Origin: an uncultured archaeon
GTDB taxonomy: Archaea; Asgardarchaeota; Lokiarchaeia; Sigyniarchaeales; SOKP01
Assembly (NCBI GenBank): GCA_964583985.1
Contig: CAZOYD010000015.1
Location: 1-64,000 of the forward strand
Reading direction: 5' to 3'
Length of the DNA stretch: 64,000 nucleotides
Shown one piece after another: positions 48,190-58,300 of this stretch. The first letter of the stretch is position 1. The number at the start of each line of letters is the position of its first letter. The notes below the pieces were generated by a model. That model had not been told where the DNA came from. It ran no database searches and worked only from the letters and a program-made list of their open reading frames with translations. The position numbers and the translations under genes are program-made.

Positions 48190-49444
48190 TATCGCAAATA
48201 ATAAAACCTTTATGAGTTATATTGCATTTTGGATTGGTCAAATGTTCTCGTTATTAGGTTCTTCAGTGGTCCAATTTGTAATAATTTTCTGGATTACAGA
48301 AATTACTGAAAGCACTGTATACTTATCAATTGCCACTTTCTTTGCTTTCCTTCCTCAATGGTTATTAGGAGCTTTAATTGGAGTTTATGTAGATCGCTGG
48401 AATAGGAAATTGATCATAGCGTTAGCTGATTTCTTTCAGGCATTTACAACATTTATCATAATATTATTATTTTTTTTCAATGCGGAAACCGTGTGGGCTA
48501 TCATCATTATCAACGGTATTCGTGGTCTATGTCAAGCATTTCACTGGCCCGCAACAAATGCTATTATCCCTATAATGGTACCTAAGAAACACTTGAGTAG
48601 ATTAAATGGATTAAACTTCTTCTTCACGGGGATAGTTAATAGTATTGGTCCCGTGATCGCTGCAACTTTTTTAGCTCTTTTTTCGATTGAGCAAATCCTT
48701 TGGATTGATGTAATTACCTTTCTAATAGCGATTGTCCCATTGTTGCTTATAAAAATTCCAAATGTATTGAAGACCACAATAGATAAAGTTAAAAAACCAT
48801 TTTTCAAAGATTTCGCGGAAGGTATTAAAGTCATAAGAAATGTACCAGGTCTTCTGTTTTTATTATTTATTGCCACAATGATTAACTTTTTCGGCCAACC
48901 ATTTAGTACGTTAATGCAGTACTTCATATTATTTACTCATAATGGAAATGCTTTAGATTTGGGGTTTGTATTAGCTCTAATACAAGGAGGAATGTTTGTA
49001 GGAGCAATAATTGTAACAATAAAAAAACAATGGAAACATAAAGCTCTTGTTATCTTTTTAGGCTTGATACTTGGAGATGCAGGGCACTTACTTTTAGCAC
49101 TTGCACCTACGGGACAATATATCATAATCGGGATTGGGGGATTTATATTTGCTTTTATAGTACCATTCGTGAACACGATGTTTTTGACAATTTTACAGAG
49201 TACGATCCCTCCAGAAAAACAAGGAAGAGTAATGTCAATAGTTATAACTATTGCAACTGCAGTTTCCCCAATTGCAATGATAATCTCTGGACCATTAGCA
49301 GTTATAATGGGAATCGTTCCCTTATTTGTTAGCGCTGCAATTATTGATATGATCATCGTTCTATTAATTTGGATTTTTAGCAACGTTACGAAAATAGATT
49401 ATGATGAATTATCGGTTTCAAATTTTGGAGAAATCAACGATTAA
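48182..49444 (+). CDS. MFS transporter (MefA/DHA3-like), paralog 2
   Basis: FWIGQMFSLLGS, GVYVDRWNRK and IPPEKQGRV; tandem paralog overlapping the upstream gene by 8 nt. Confidence 0.9.
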   Translation: MSDIANNKTFMSYIAFWIGQMFSLLGSSVVQFVIIFWITEITESTVYLSIATFFAFLPQWLLGALIGVYVDRWNRKLIIALADFFQAFTTFIIILLFFFNAETVWAIIIINGIRGLCQAFHWPATNAIIPIMVPKKHLSRLNGLNFFFTGIVNSIGPVIAATFLALFSIEQILWIDVITFLIAIVPLLLIKIPNVLKTTIDKVKKPFFKDFAEGIKVIRNVPGLLFLLFIATMINFFGQPFSTLMQYFILFTHNGNALDLGFVLALIQGGMFVGAIIVTIKKQWKHKALVIFLGLILGDAGHLLLALAPTGQYIIIGIGGFIFAFIVPFVNTMFLTILQSTIPPEKQGRVMSIVITIATAVSPIAMIISGPLAVIMGIVPLFVSAAIIDMIIVLLIWIFSNVTKIDYDELSVSNFGEIND

Positions 49445-49566
49445 ATTTGTATTTATATAAGTAAAGAACACAGATGTTGCATTTGAAATGCTAGATTAAG
49501 TTTTAATTATTGAATAGATTCTTTCTATAAAATAGATGATCTATAAATTCCTTTGTAATTAAATGA

Positions 49567-50709
49567 GTGAAAATGCCTAAAGCAGTAATTTTATCAGGAG
49601 GTTGGGGCACGCGCCTTCGTCCCTTGACGTGCTCAATCCCCAAAACTTTAATCCCAATATGTAATAAACCGGTAATGGAGCATCAAATATTATTACTTAA
49701 AGCTGCAGGGGTAAATGAAATCATCTTAGCTGTAAGTGTTATGGCTGATGTAATTAAAGAATATTTTAGAAACGGCGAAAAATTGGGAGTAAAAATCTTT
49801 TATACTGACGAGATCTTCCCAGCTGGAACAGCTGGTGCCATAAAGCTGGCAGAATCTTTTTTGAAAGATGAGAATTTTTTCATGCTTAATGGAGATGTCA
49901 TTTTAAATTTTGATTTTAGCAAGATGCTTCAATTTCATGAGAAAAAAAACGCATTTGGGACGATTGCAAGTAAAGTTGTGACCGATCCTTCTCGATATGG
50001 TGTGATTATAGCAGATCAGAACACTAATAAGATTGAGAAATTTTTGGAAAAAGAAGAATATAAACCCCCACAAAGTGGTCCTGTTCCAATGCCAATAAAT
50101 TCCGGAGTATATTTACTAGAACCCGAAGTATTTTCCTATATTCCGGCAAATAAAAAAGTTTCTATTGAAAGAGAAGTGTTCCCAAAAGTTGCTAAAGAGC
50201 GTGAGCTCTATCATTATCCAATTGAAGGGATTTGGAAAGATATAGGAAAACCTTACGATTTATTGCAAGGAAATATTTCTCTCATGAATGATCTGATTCA
50301 GAATCTCAGTGAGAAACATAAAAGTTTAATTGATTATAGTGCCCAAATCAACCCAACCACAAAAATTATTCATCCTTGCGTCGTTGGAGAAAAGACGGTC
50401 ATTAGGCAAGATTGCGTTATTGGTCCAAATGTAATTATTGGAGACAATGTATTTATTGATAAAAACTCCATTTTAAAAAATTCTGTAATCTTTAATGAAG
50501 TTTACATTTCAAAACATGTAGAAATTGAAAATGCAATAATATCTGATAATTGTACTATAGGAGATAATGCTCGCTTAAAAGGAATTGAAGATAGATTAAT
50601 ATTATTATCCTCTCATGTTAAAGTAATGAAAGATGTTGATCTCATCAACGACTTTGATAATTACTTTTCGGTTTGCCATCATGAAATAATTAAGGAGAGC
50701 ATAAAATAA
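49567..50709 (+). CDS. NDP-sugar pyrophosphorylase (mannose-1-P guanylyltransferase-like) with left-handed beta-helix
   Basis: LSGGWGTRLRPLT..PK, GTAG, NGD, FLEK, WKDIG and hexapeptide repeats. Confidence 0.9.
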   Translation: MKMPKAVILSGGWGTRLRPLTCSIPKTLIPICNKPVMEHQILLLKAAGVNEIILAVSVMADVIKEYFRNGEKLGVKIFYTDEIFPAGTAGAIKLAESFLKDENFFMLNGDVILNFDFSKMLQFHEKKNAFGTIASKVVTDPSRYGVIIADQNTNKIEKFLEKEEYKPPQSGPVPMPINSGVYLLEPEVFSYIPANKKVSIEREVFPKVAKERELYHYPIEGIWKDIGKPYDLLQGNISLMNDLIQNLSEKHKSLIDYSAQINPTTKIIHPCVVGEKTVIRQDCVIGPNVIIGDNVFIDKNSILKNSVIFNEVYISKHVEIENAIISDNCTIGDNARLKGIEDRLILLSSHVKVMKDVDLINDFDNYFSVCHHEIIKESIK

Positions 50710-50732
50710 CTCAAGTATTTATTGATATAATC

Positions 50733-51134
50733 ATGAATAAGGTTTTTCTTTTAGATCTTGAAAAGATCCAACCAAGCCAACTATATTTGAATAACAATAA
50801 GTTGAAATCATCGCTAAATACTCTTAAATCGAATGATTTTCAATCCTATGAACCCATTCCTATAAAAGTTTTAAATCACAAATATATAGCAACAGATGGG
50901 CATCATCGTGCGTTCATCTTGTGGCAACGAGGTGAAAAAAGGGTGCGTGTTGAATGGGAAGATGAAGATTTGGATTGGGACCTTTACGAAATATGCGTGA
51001 AATGGTGCGAAAAAGAAGGAATATTCACTATTTGTGATCTCAAAGATAGAATTATTGACGATAAGGCTTACGAGAAATTATGGTTGAATAGATGTAAAAA
51101 CATGTATGAGAAAATGAATAAAGGAGAAATTTAG
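50733..51134 (+). CDS. ParB/Srx-like N-terminal domain protein
   Basis: IQPSQLY, EPIPI and ATDGHHRA motifs. Confidence 0.7.
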   Translation: MNKVFLLDLEKIQPSQLYLNNNKLKSSLNTLKSNDFQSYEPIPIKVLNHKYIATDGHHRAFILWQRGEKRVRVEWEDEDLDWDLYEICVKWCEKEGIFTICDLKDRIIDDKAYEKLWLNRCKNMYEKMNKGEI

Positions 51135-51148
51135 AGAGTTTTGATAGA

Positions 51149-52492
51149 ATGAAGAAAAACATCACTCCAAAAAAAATAATCCTTGATTTTGACAATGGAT
51201 TCATAACCAAAGAAGAATCAATAAACCTTTTAGAATCAATTATTAGTGAAAGTGATAATAATGATCAAAGAATTGATGCAATTGAAGCTATTGGTCATCT
51301 CAATCTCATTACAGGTAAATCATACGAATTGCTTGAAAAATGTTTAGTTACAGATGAATCCCCTTTTGTTAGGATATCAGCAGCTCAAATCTTGATTAAG
51401 AATTTCTCAAATTTAGAAACAAATCCTCTTAATTGGGCAATAGAAAATGAAAATTCGGTCCTTTTTTTTAAACCTCTGCTCGATCTATTTGAGACTGAGA
51501 TACAACCTTCATTAAATAATTTAAGAGAAAAAGTAATGAAAAAATTGACTCAAATATATAATCTTGAATTTCCTGATATGAAATTCATTATAGACGTGGA
51601 TTTTTTAGATGCAGTGAAATTTTTGAGTGAATTAGATGAATTTACAAAAAAATTTGGTATTAAAGAAGAATATAAATTGGAATTAATAAAAGAAAATACA
51701 AGCATTAGCAATAAAGGATTGTCTCGAATAAATGCAAGTCTTGATGGGCATATTACTAAATTAACATTAAAGGAGTTAAATCAGATTCCTCTCTCAATAA
51801 ATTCGTTGCCAAATCTAATTTCACTAACCATCGATCATTGTACGTTAAAATTGGATGTATTAAATAAACTTAGTTTCCCAAAAGTTAATCACTTAGTATT
51901 TACAAATAATAAAGTTGATGGATTACCCGATTGGGTATGGAAGATCGCTAATATTCCTATTATTTTCAATAAATTTATTAAGAATGGAGTAGCTCTTTCA
52001 GAAGCACCAATTTTAACATTAATAGAGATATTATCAGGTAAACCACTGAATATAATTAAAAAGTATGAAAAACATCATTTAAAGAAAGCCTATAATTATG
52101 AGTTTGACGAACGAGGTCATGTAAAGGGACTTTATATTACAAATGATTCGATCAAAATTGGATTGATTCCTCATCAATTATGTGATTTAAAATATCTTGA
52201 AGAATTATATTTAATTCGACAAAACATTATCCAAATTCCTATATGTCTTCTAAAATTAAATAGTCTGAAAATTTTGAACCTTTCTTTTAACCATATCGGG
52301 ATTATTCCTGAAAGTATCGAAGGTTTAAGTAATCTTGAATATTTTGATTTACGAGGCGAAAATGACAACATTATCGAAACGATACCTCAATCAATTATAC
52401 TTCTTGAAAAGTTAAAAGTATTTGATCTTTCAGGAAATTTCATTAAAAATGTGCCAGAGAAATTAAAGGATTTTAAAGCATTAAAATTATAA
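51149..52492 (+). CDS. HEAT-repeat + leucine-rich-repeat protein
   Basis: N-terminal HEAT-like repeats (RIDAIEAIG, DESPFVRISAAQIL) and C-terminal LxxLxLxxNxIxxIP repeats. Confidence 0.85.
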   Translation: MKKNITPKKIILDFDNGFITKEESINLLESIISESDNNDQRIDAIEAIGHLNLITGKSYELLEKCLVTDESPFVRISAAQILIKNFSNLETNPLNWAIENENSVLFFKPLLDLFETEIQPSLNNLREKVMKKLTQIYNLEFPDMKFIIDVDFLDAVKFLSELDEFTKKFGIKEEYKLELIKENTSISNKGLSRINASLDGHITKLTLKELNQIPLSINSLPNLISLTIDHCTLKLDVLNKLSFPKVNHLVFTNNKVDGLPDWVWKIANIPIIFNKFIKNGVALSEAPILTLIEILSGKPLNIIKKYEKHHLKKAYNYEFDERGHVKGLYITNDSIKIGLIPHQLCDLKYLEELYLIRQNIIQIPICLLKLNSLKILNLSFNHIGIIPESIEGLSNLEYFDLRGENDNIIETIPQSIILLEKLKVFDLSGNFIKNVPEKLKDFKALKL

Positions 52493-52588
52493 TCCAAGTT
52501 ATTATTATAATAAATTTCTCAAGACGGATATTTTAAATAATTCTATATAATAATAGTTATCATAAAAGTACATGTAATTATTAAAATA

Positions 52589-54550
52589 ATGTCAAAAAGA
52601 CAAAATACTTTGGATGAATTATTAAGTCCCACAAAAAAAACCTCTAAAGGAAACCAGTTGGAAAAAGAGATCGATAAAGAAAAGATTAACTTCCTCGTTC
52701 AAGAGATAAATAGGCATAGAGATTTATATTATAATTCAACACCAGAAATTAGCGATGCAGAATATGATGAATTAGAAAATGAACTGAGAAATCTTGATCC
52801 CAATAACCCAATCTTGTTTACCGTAGGGGCAGATTCTTCCGAAATTTTTACCAAGAAGGAGCATATAATTCCAATGGGTTCCCAAGATAAAGTTTCAACT
52901 CCAAATGAATTTAAAAAATGGGCTAAAGATCGTGGTAATGGAACATTTTTAATTCAGTATAAACTTGATGGAATAAGTCTGGAGCTACAATATAAGAGTG
53001 GTGTTTTTCAATGTGGAGTAACTCGAGGTAATGGAATCGTGGGAGATGATGTTTCGAGTAATGTAATAAAAATGAAAGGATTTATCCCAAGATTTTCCAC
53101 AAGATTTACGGGGGGAATTCGTGCCGAAGTATTACTTTTTCATGATCTTTTCAAGAAAAAGTATGCTGATAAACAAAATTGTAGGAACACTGCTGCTGGT
53201 ATTGTTAGACGTAAGGATGGAAAAGGATCTGAGGATCTTAATTTAATATTCTATGATGCTATTAGTCTCACTGAAGATGTAAGCTTTATTAATGAGATTG
53301 AAAAATTGAAATGGATGAAAAATGAACATCTACCTACAATTAAAACTAAATCGGTTAAAACAATGCAAGAAGTAATCGATTTTCGTGAAGAAGTAATGAA
53401 CAACATGCGTGATTCATTAGATTATGATATTGATGGGCTAGTAATAAAAAGTAAAGAAATTGATCTAAATGATATGAAACGCGCCAAACCATTGAAACAA
53501 ATAGCATTCAAATTTCAAGCTGAAGAAACTGAAAGTACTATAATTAAAGTCGAGTGGACCATAAGTGGTCATAATTATACTCCTGTTGCCCTTATTGAAC
53601 CTGTTCGGTTGATGGGAACCACGGTGAGCAGAGCTAGTTTAGCTAATCCCAATCTCGTGAAAGAATTGGGAATTAAAATTGGTGCAAGAGTTATCGTATC
53701 AAAACGAGGAGATATAATCCCTAAAATTGAAAGAGTTACCAAAATATCTCAAGACGCGAAGGATGTCATTATCCCTCACATATGTGAAGAATGCCATACT
53801 GATTTAATAAATGAGGGAACTCGATTATATTGTCCTAATGAAGCTTGTCCGAAAAGAAATTATCAACGATTGGTCAGATGGATTCATGTTCTTGGTGTTA
53901 AGCATTTTAGTGAGAAATTGATGCTAGAACCGCTCTTTAAATCTGGGAAAGTTCGAAAAATCGTCGATCTATATCACCTTAAAATTTCAGATTTAACCAA
54001 ATTTGAAGGAGTTCAAGAAACTTCTGCTAAAAAGGCATTAGATAATTTATATGCAGTAAAAGAAATCACATTAGCAAAATTCATTGGAGGATTTAATATT
54101 GAAAATATCGCCGAATTACTCGTTAAGAAAGTAGTTGATACGGGATATGACACGCTTGAAAAAATTAAAAATGCGAACATAAAACAATTAGCATTGATAG
54201 ATGGCTATGCCGAAATAACTGCTGAAAACCTCTTAATAGGAATAAATAAGTTATATCCAGAAATGCTTGAAGTACTAAATACTAATAAAATATCAATAAA
54301 AAATGTGGTAAAAGGTGGAAAGTTAAACGGTTTAACCTTTTGTTTCACTGGGAAACTCAACGAAATTTCACGGTCAGAAGCAGAGGATCTTGTTTTAAAA
54401 CATGGTGGAGAACCAAAAAAAAGTGTTATAACAAACCTAAGTTATTTAGTCACCAATGAAAGCACACTTACTACCAAATATTTAAAAGCACAAGAACAAG
54501 GCACAAAAATTATTACAGAAAATGAATTCCTCCAGATGATCTCAGAATAA
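52589..54550 (+). CDS. ligA: NAD+-dependent DNA ligase
   Basis: YYNSTPEISDAEYD domain Ia, KLDG adenylation motif, TRGNG, DGLVIK, AFKF, GDIIP, C4 zinc finger, HhH and BRCT (FCFTG). Confidence 0.96.
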   Translation: MSKRQNTLDELLSPTKKTSKGNQLEKEIDKEKINFLVQEINRHRDLYYNSTPEISDAEYDELENELRNLDPNNPILFTVGADSSEIFTKKEHIIPMGSQDKVSTPNEFKKWAKDRGNGTFLIQYKLDGISLELQYKSGVFQCGVTRGNGIVGDDVSSNVIKMKGFIPRFSTRFTGGIRAEVLLFHDLFKKKYADKQNCRNTAAGIVRRKDGKGSEDLNLIFYDAISLTEDVSFINEIEKLKWMKNEHLPTIKTKSVKTMQEVIDFREEVMNNMRDSLDYDIDGLVIKSKEIDLNDMKRAKPLKQIAFKFQAEETESTIIKVEWTISGHNYTPVALIEPVRLMGTTVSRASLANPNLVKELGIKIGARVIVSKRGDIIPKIERVTKISQDAKDVIIPHICEECHTDLINEGTRLYCPNEACPKRNYQRLVRWIHVLGVKHFSEKLMLEPLFKSGKVRKIVDLYHLKISDLTKFEGVQETSAKKALDNLYAVKEITLAKFIGGFNIENIAELLVKKVVDTGYDTLEKIKNANIKQLALIDGYAEITAENLLIGINKLYPEMLEVLNTNKISIKNVVKGGKLNGLTFCFTGKLNEISRSEAEDLVLKHGGEPKKSVITNLSYLVTNESTLTTKYLKAQEQGTKIITENEFLQMISE

Positions 54551-54622
54551 CATATTTAAAAATTATGAGTTCCATATTTTATCTATTACAAATACATTTG
54601 AAATTAATAGAGTGGATTTAAA

Positions 54623-54910
54623 TTGGAAGATATAAAGTCTCACAGTCTGAAAATATATGAAGCGATTTTCAATAAGAAGAAAAATGTAATGATTGACGAA
54701 AATGAATATCCTGTCCATAAATTCTCGAGTGGGATCAAATTTATTGATTACTCTGGATATAGATTCATCCAACAGAATCATAATAAGAAGTCAGAATGGG
54801 GAAAAAAAGCAAGACAAGGGCACCAAATCATGTGGATTCTAAAAGGACGACGATACCTCGCACGCATCATGGATGGTGAATTTACAGATTTGAAAAAGGA
54901 TAAAGGGTGA
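54623..54910 (+). CDS. Small hypothetical protein whose 3' end is duplicated downstream
   Basis: 95 aa ORF with TTG start; RFIQQN..KSEWGKKARQGHQIMWI. Confidence 0.7.
   Translation: MEDIKSHSLKIYEAIFNKKKNVMIDENEYPVHKFSSGIKFIDYSGYRFIQQNHNKKSEWGKKARQGHQIMWILKGRRYLARIMDGEFTDLKKDKG
54828..54910 (+). repeat. Direct repeat, copy 1 (intact, 3' end of the 95-aa gene)
   Basis: Manual ungapped alignment with 62119-62201: 72 of 83 positions identical. Confidence 0.9.
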
Positions 54911-55315
54911 TAGTGATATCATAGGTGTCCAAATGACGCATTAAAACTAGTCGGTCTTAAAAAATAATTTTTTAATTCACAAATTTTACAAATACTTCGC
55001 TAACCTGTTTACTTAACTTTTCTTATTAATTTATCATCTTTTAACATTTAATATCTATCAAAAGGTTCCTTTTGTTCCCTATTAGCTAAGGATCTAAGAA
55101 TTACAGCTGTATAAATTTTAAAAAGAAAACTCGAGTTTTTAAATCAATAATTAAATATAATTCTTTCTTATCGGTTGAAATTATTTACTTTAATACTCTA
55201 TATTCAAAAAAACATTATACAAAGATGGAAATAATTATATATACTCGAAAATAAATGATAAATAAGTTCAATTAACATTTTTAACATAAATGTTAATAAT
55301 GAAATCTAATGTGAT

Positions 55316-58300
55316 GTGAAAATAAAAATGAAAAGAGAAATTGGTCTAAAACATCGATATAAAACATATTCCATTACAGTTTTAATTATTATCTTAAGTT
55401 TGCCTATATCCAATTCGATCCTCTATAACTTATTTATTAATGATTTTTCAAACGAACCTAAGACTCAAGCTGTGGATTCTGGAGAAGATTCACTTATATG
55501 GAAATTAGGTAAAGGATTTCCTGGTTCTGGAGCAACAATGCAACCTAGATTAGTCAATCTTACAGAAGGAGGAAATCCATTGATTGTTGTTGGAACTGAT
55601 GGAGGGATTGCTACAATTACATTAGATGGTTTTATTAATATGAGTTATAGAACTTTTGGGCCTGTAATTGATTTTGAAATTATTAAAGATATTTCAGGTG
55701 ATAATCAAGATGATATTGTATTTATTACTTATTTTCAAGAGCATCCAAATTTAATTGCAATTTCTTCTAATAATGGGTCAGAACTATGGAAGTTTAAGCC
55801 CACAATCGAAGGTATTAGTCCTGAGACGTATCAAACACAAAATTTTATTCCATATTCATGGGATATTAAATTAATTAATGATATTACTTCTGATTTCATA
55901 CCAGAAATCTTAATCTCTTCGTGGTATAGATTAATCGTTGTAAATGGAAAGTCTGGAAATAAAGTATGGATGAATGATCAAGACTTTACCAATGATGTTT
56001 GGAAAATAGAAGTATTAGAAGATATAAATGGTAATGGATTTGAAACAATTATTGCCGGTTCAGAAGAAGGTAAATTAATTGCATTTGATTCTCAAGATGG
56101 AAGCAAACTTTGGACTTTTACAGTAAAAGGGACAGAAATGCTAGTATATGGTATGACTGGTCTTACTCTTCAAACTATACCCAATTCTATCGATGATATA
56201 AGAGTTGTTGGAGATGTTAATAATGATGAGATTAATGATATTATAATAGCTTCTGATGATGGATATTTACGATTAATTTCTGGAAAGCATGGTATTCTTC
56301 TTGATGAGGATGTTTGTTATACTATAAGTAGTCCTTCACAATCAAATTATATTAGTTTCCAAACATCTCCATATTCATCAATAAAAAGAATATTTATGAA
56401 ATCAGGAATAAAAATTTACGAAATTCCTGATATTGATAATGATGGGATTAAGGAATATATTTCAATCGCATGTGATCTCGATTATTCTCCAGATTATAGT
56501 TCAACAGAATATAAAATAATTCAAGGTAAAATATTCAATATAAATCCCTTATCCGAAATAAATAAGATAAACATCACCCGTAGTCTAAACTGGACTTATA
56601 ATAGCTTTTTTCTCAGTTCTTATCCCGAAATAATTAAAGTGGATTCTGATATTTATATATATGATTATTCATATAACGGTTATACAACAGCATTAATTAA
56701 TCGATATCACATTGATGATGAATTATCACAAAATCCAGAGGTTGTTTATACAGATCCTGGTCAATATGAGTCTGTATCGTCTTATAGTGGAAGTGAGAAA
56801 GGACATTATTTCTTAAATGTCGGTGATCTTAATAGTGATGGTGTGGATGATTTATTTGCTATTACTGCAAACGGTCGCTATTTATGTATTGATTGTAAAA
56901 ATAATGATATTCTTTGGGTGAGAACTCAAGAGGTATCTGAAATAGAGATAACTGAGATCAATGATTTAAATGATGATGGATTTAACGATTTCTTAATAAA
57001 GCAAATAAGTGTTTTTGAACCAGATTGGATTATTTCTGAATCCTCGTCTCAAACTACAGAAACACCAACTATCATAATTGAATTATATACAATTGATGCA
57101 AAAACGGGAAATATAATATGGTCCTTAAATATTCCTTTACCAGAATATTATAAAGGACTAAGGGACTTAAAAAATGTGGGGGATATTACTGATGATGATA
57201 TTGATGATTATGGGGCATGGATTATTCCTTCAATAATACCTTCCAATATTTCGGAAATTATAACAAATCTAATAGGGAATGAAACAATTGATTCAAATGA
57301 AGCAGAAATGATATATAGGTCTCTCTTAACTAATTATACTAAAGTTTTAGCTATTAATGGTTCTGATGGAAATATTATTTGGAATACTCCAATGATAGAT
57401 TTTCCATACAAATTTTATCGTCATTATGAATACAATGGGACTTATTTAGATCCAATTGAAACACAATCCTCTGGAAACCACATATATAATAGAATTAATA
57501 ATGAAATAGATGATACTTGGGTTAATAATTTTGATATTCAGTGGACAAATCATTGGAATCCCTTATCGTTAGCGCAAGCAAGTAGTATTCAACCTATAAG
57601 GGGTACTTCTTCCGATAATTTAACTGATTTATTGGATGATGAAGGAAATTATACTATTAAAGCTGAATATGTAGATTCTTCATGGAAAGCGATCATGAAT
57701 TTAACAATTCCAGTAAACTTACTTGATGATCATTTATTGGGGGCTATGGAGTATCCACTTTCCCAAACTGAACGATTATCTGCTCTTAAAATGCAAACTA
57801 ATCTAATGGTAAATACTTCATCTTCAAATTGGTATAATTTTACTTATGAAATTTTTGATGTAACAAATAACAAATGGGTTTTATGCAACTGGAGTTCAGA
57901 AACTACAACTTGGAATAATCACACTTATCCTGATCTTAAAGGTAATTATATACATCCATCACTTGAAAATTCTTTCAATGATGATCATATGTGGGTAATT
58001 ACACGTGGGACTCACGACGCAGATAATTTTATTGAATTTGATTATGAGAATAAAACTACACTATCGAATTTCATAGATTTAAACAAAAATATTCAAATTC
58101 GTTTAAATATAACAAACGGTAATAATGCATTTAATTTGACAATTAATGATTTTGGTCTTGCAGCATTTTATTGGGGTTTATTTGACAATGAATACGATAG
58201 ATATTATACATGGAAATATACTTCTAATATATATGACAAAGATCGATTTGATGTTAGCAATCTCCTAAATTTAGAAATTCAAGACTTTGAGGTTATCAAC

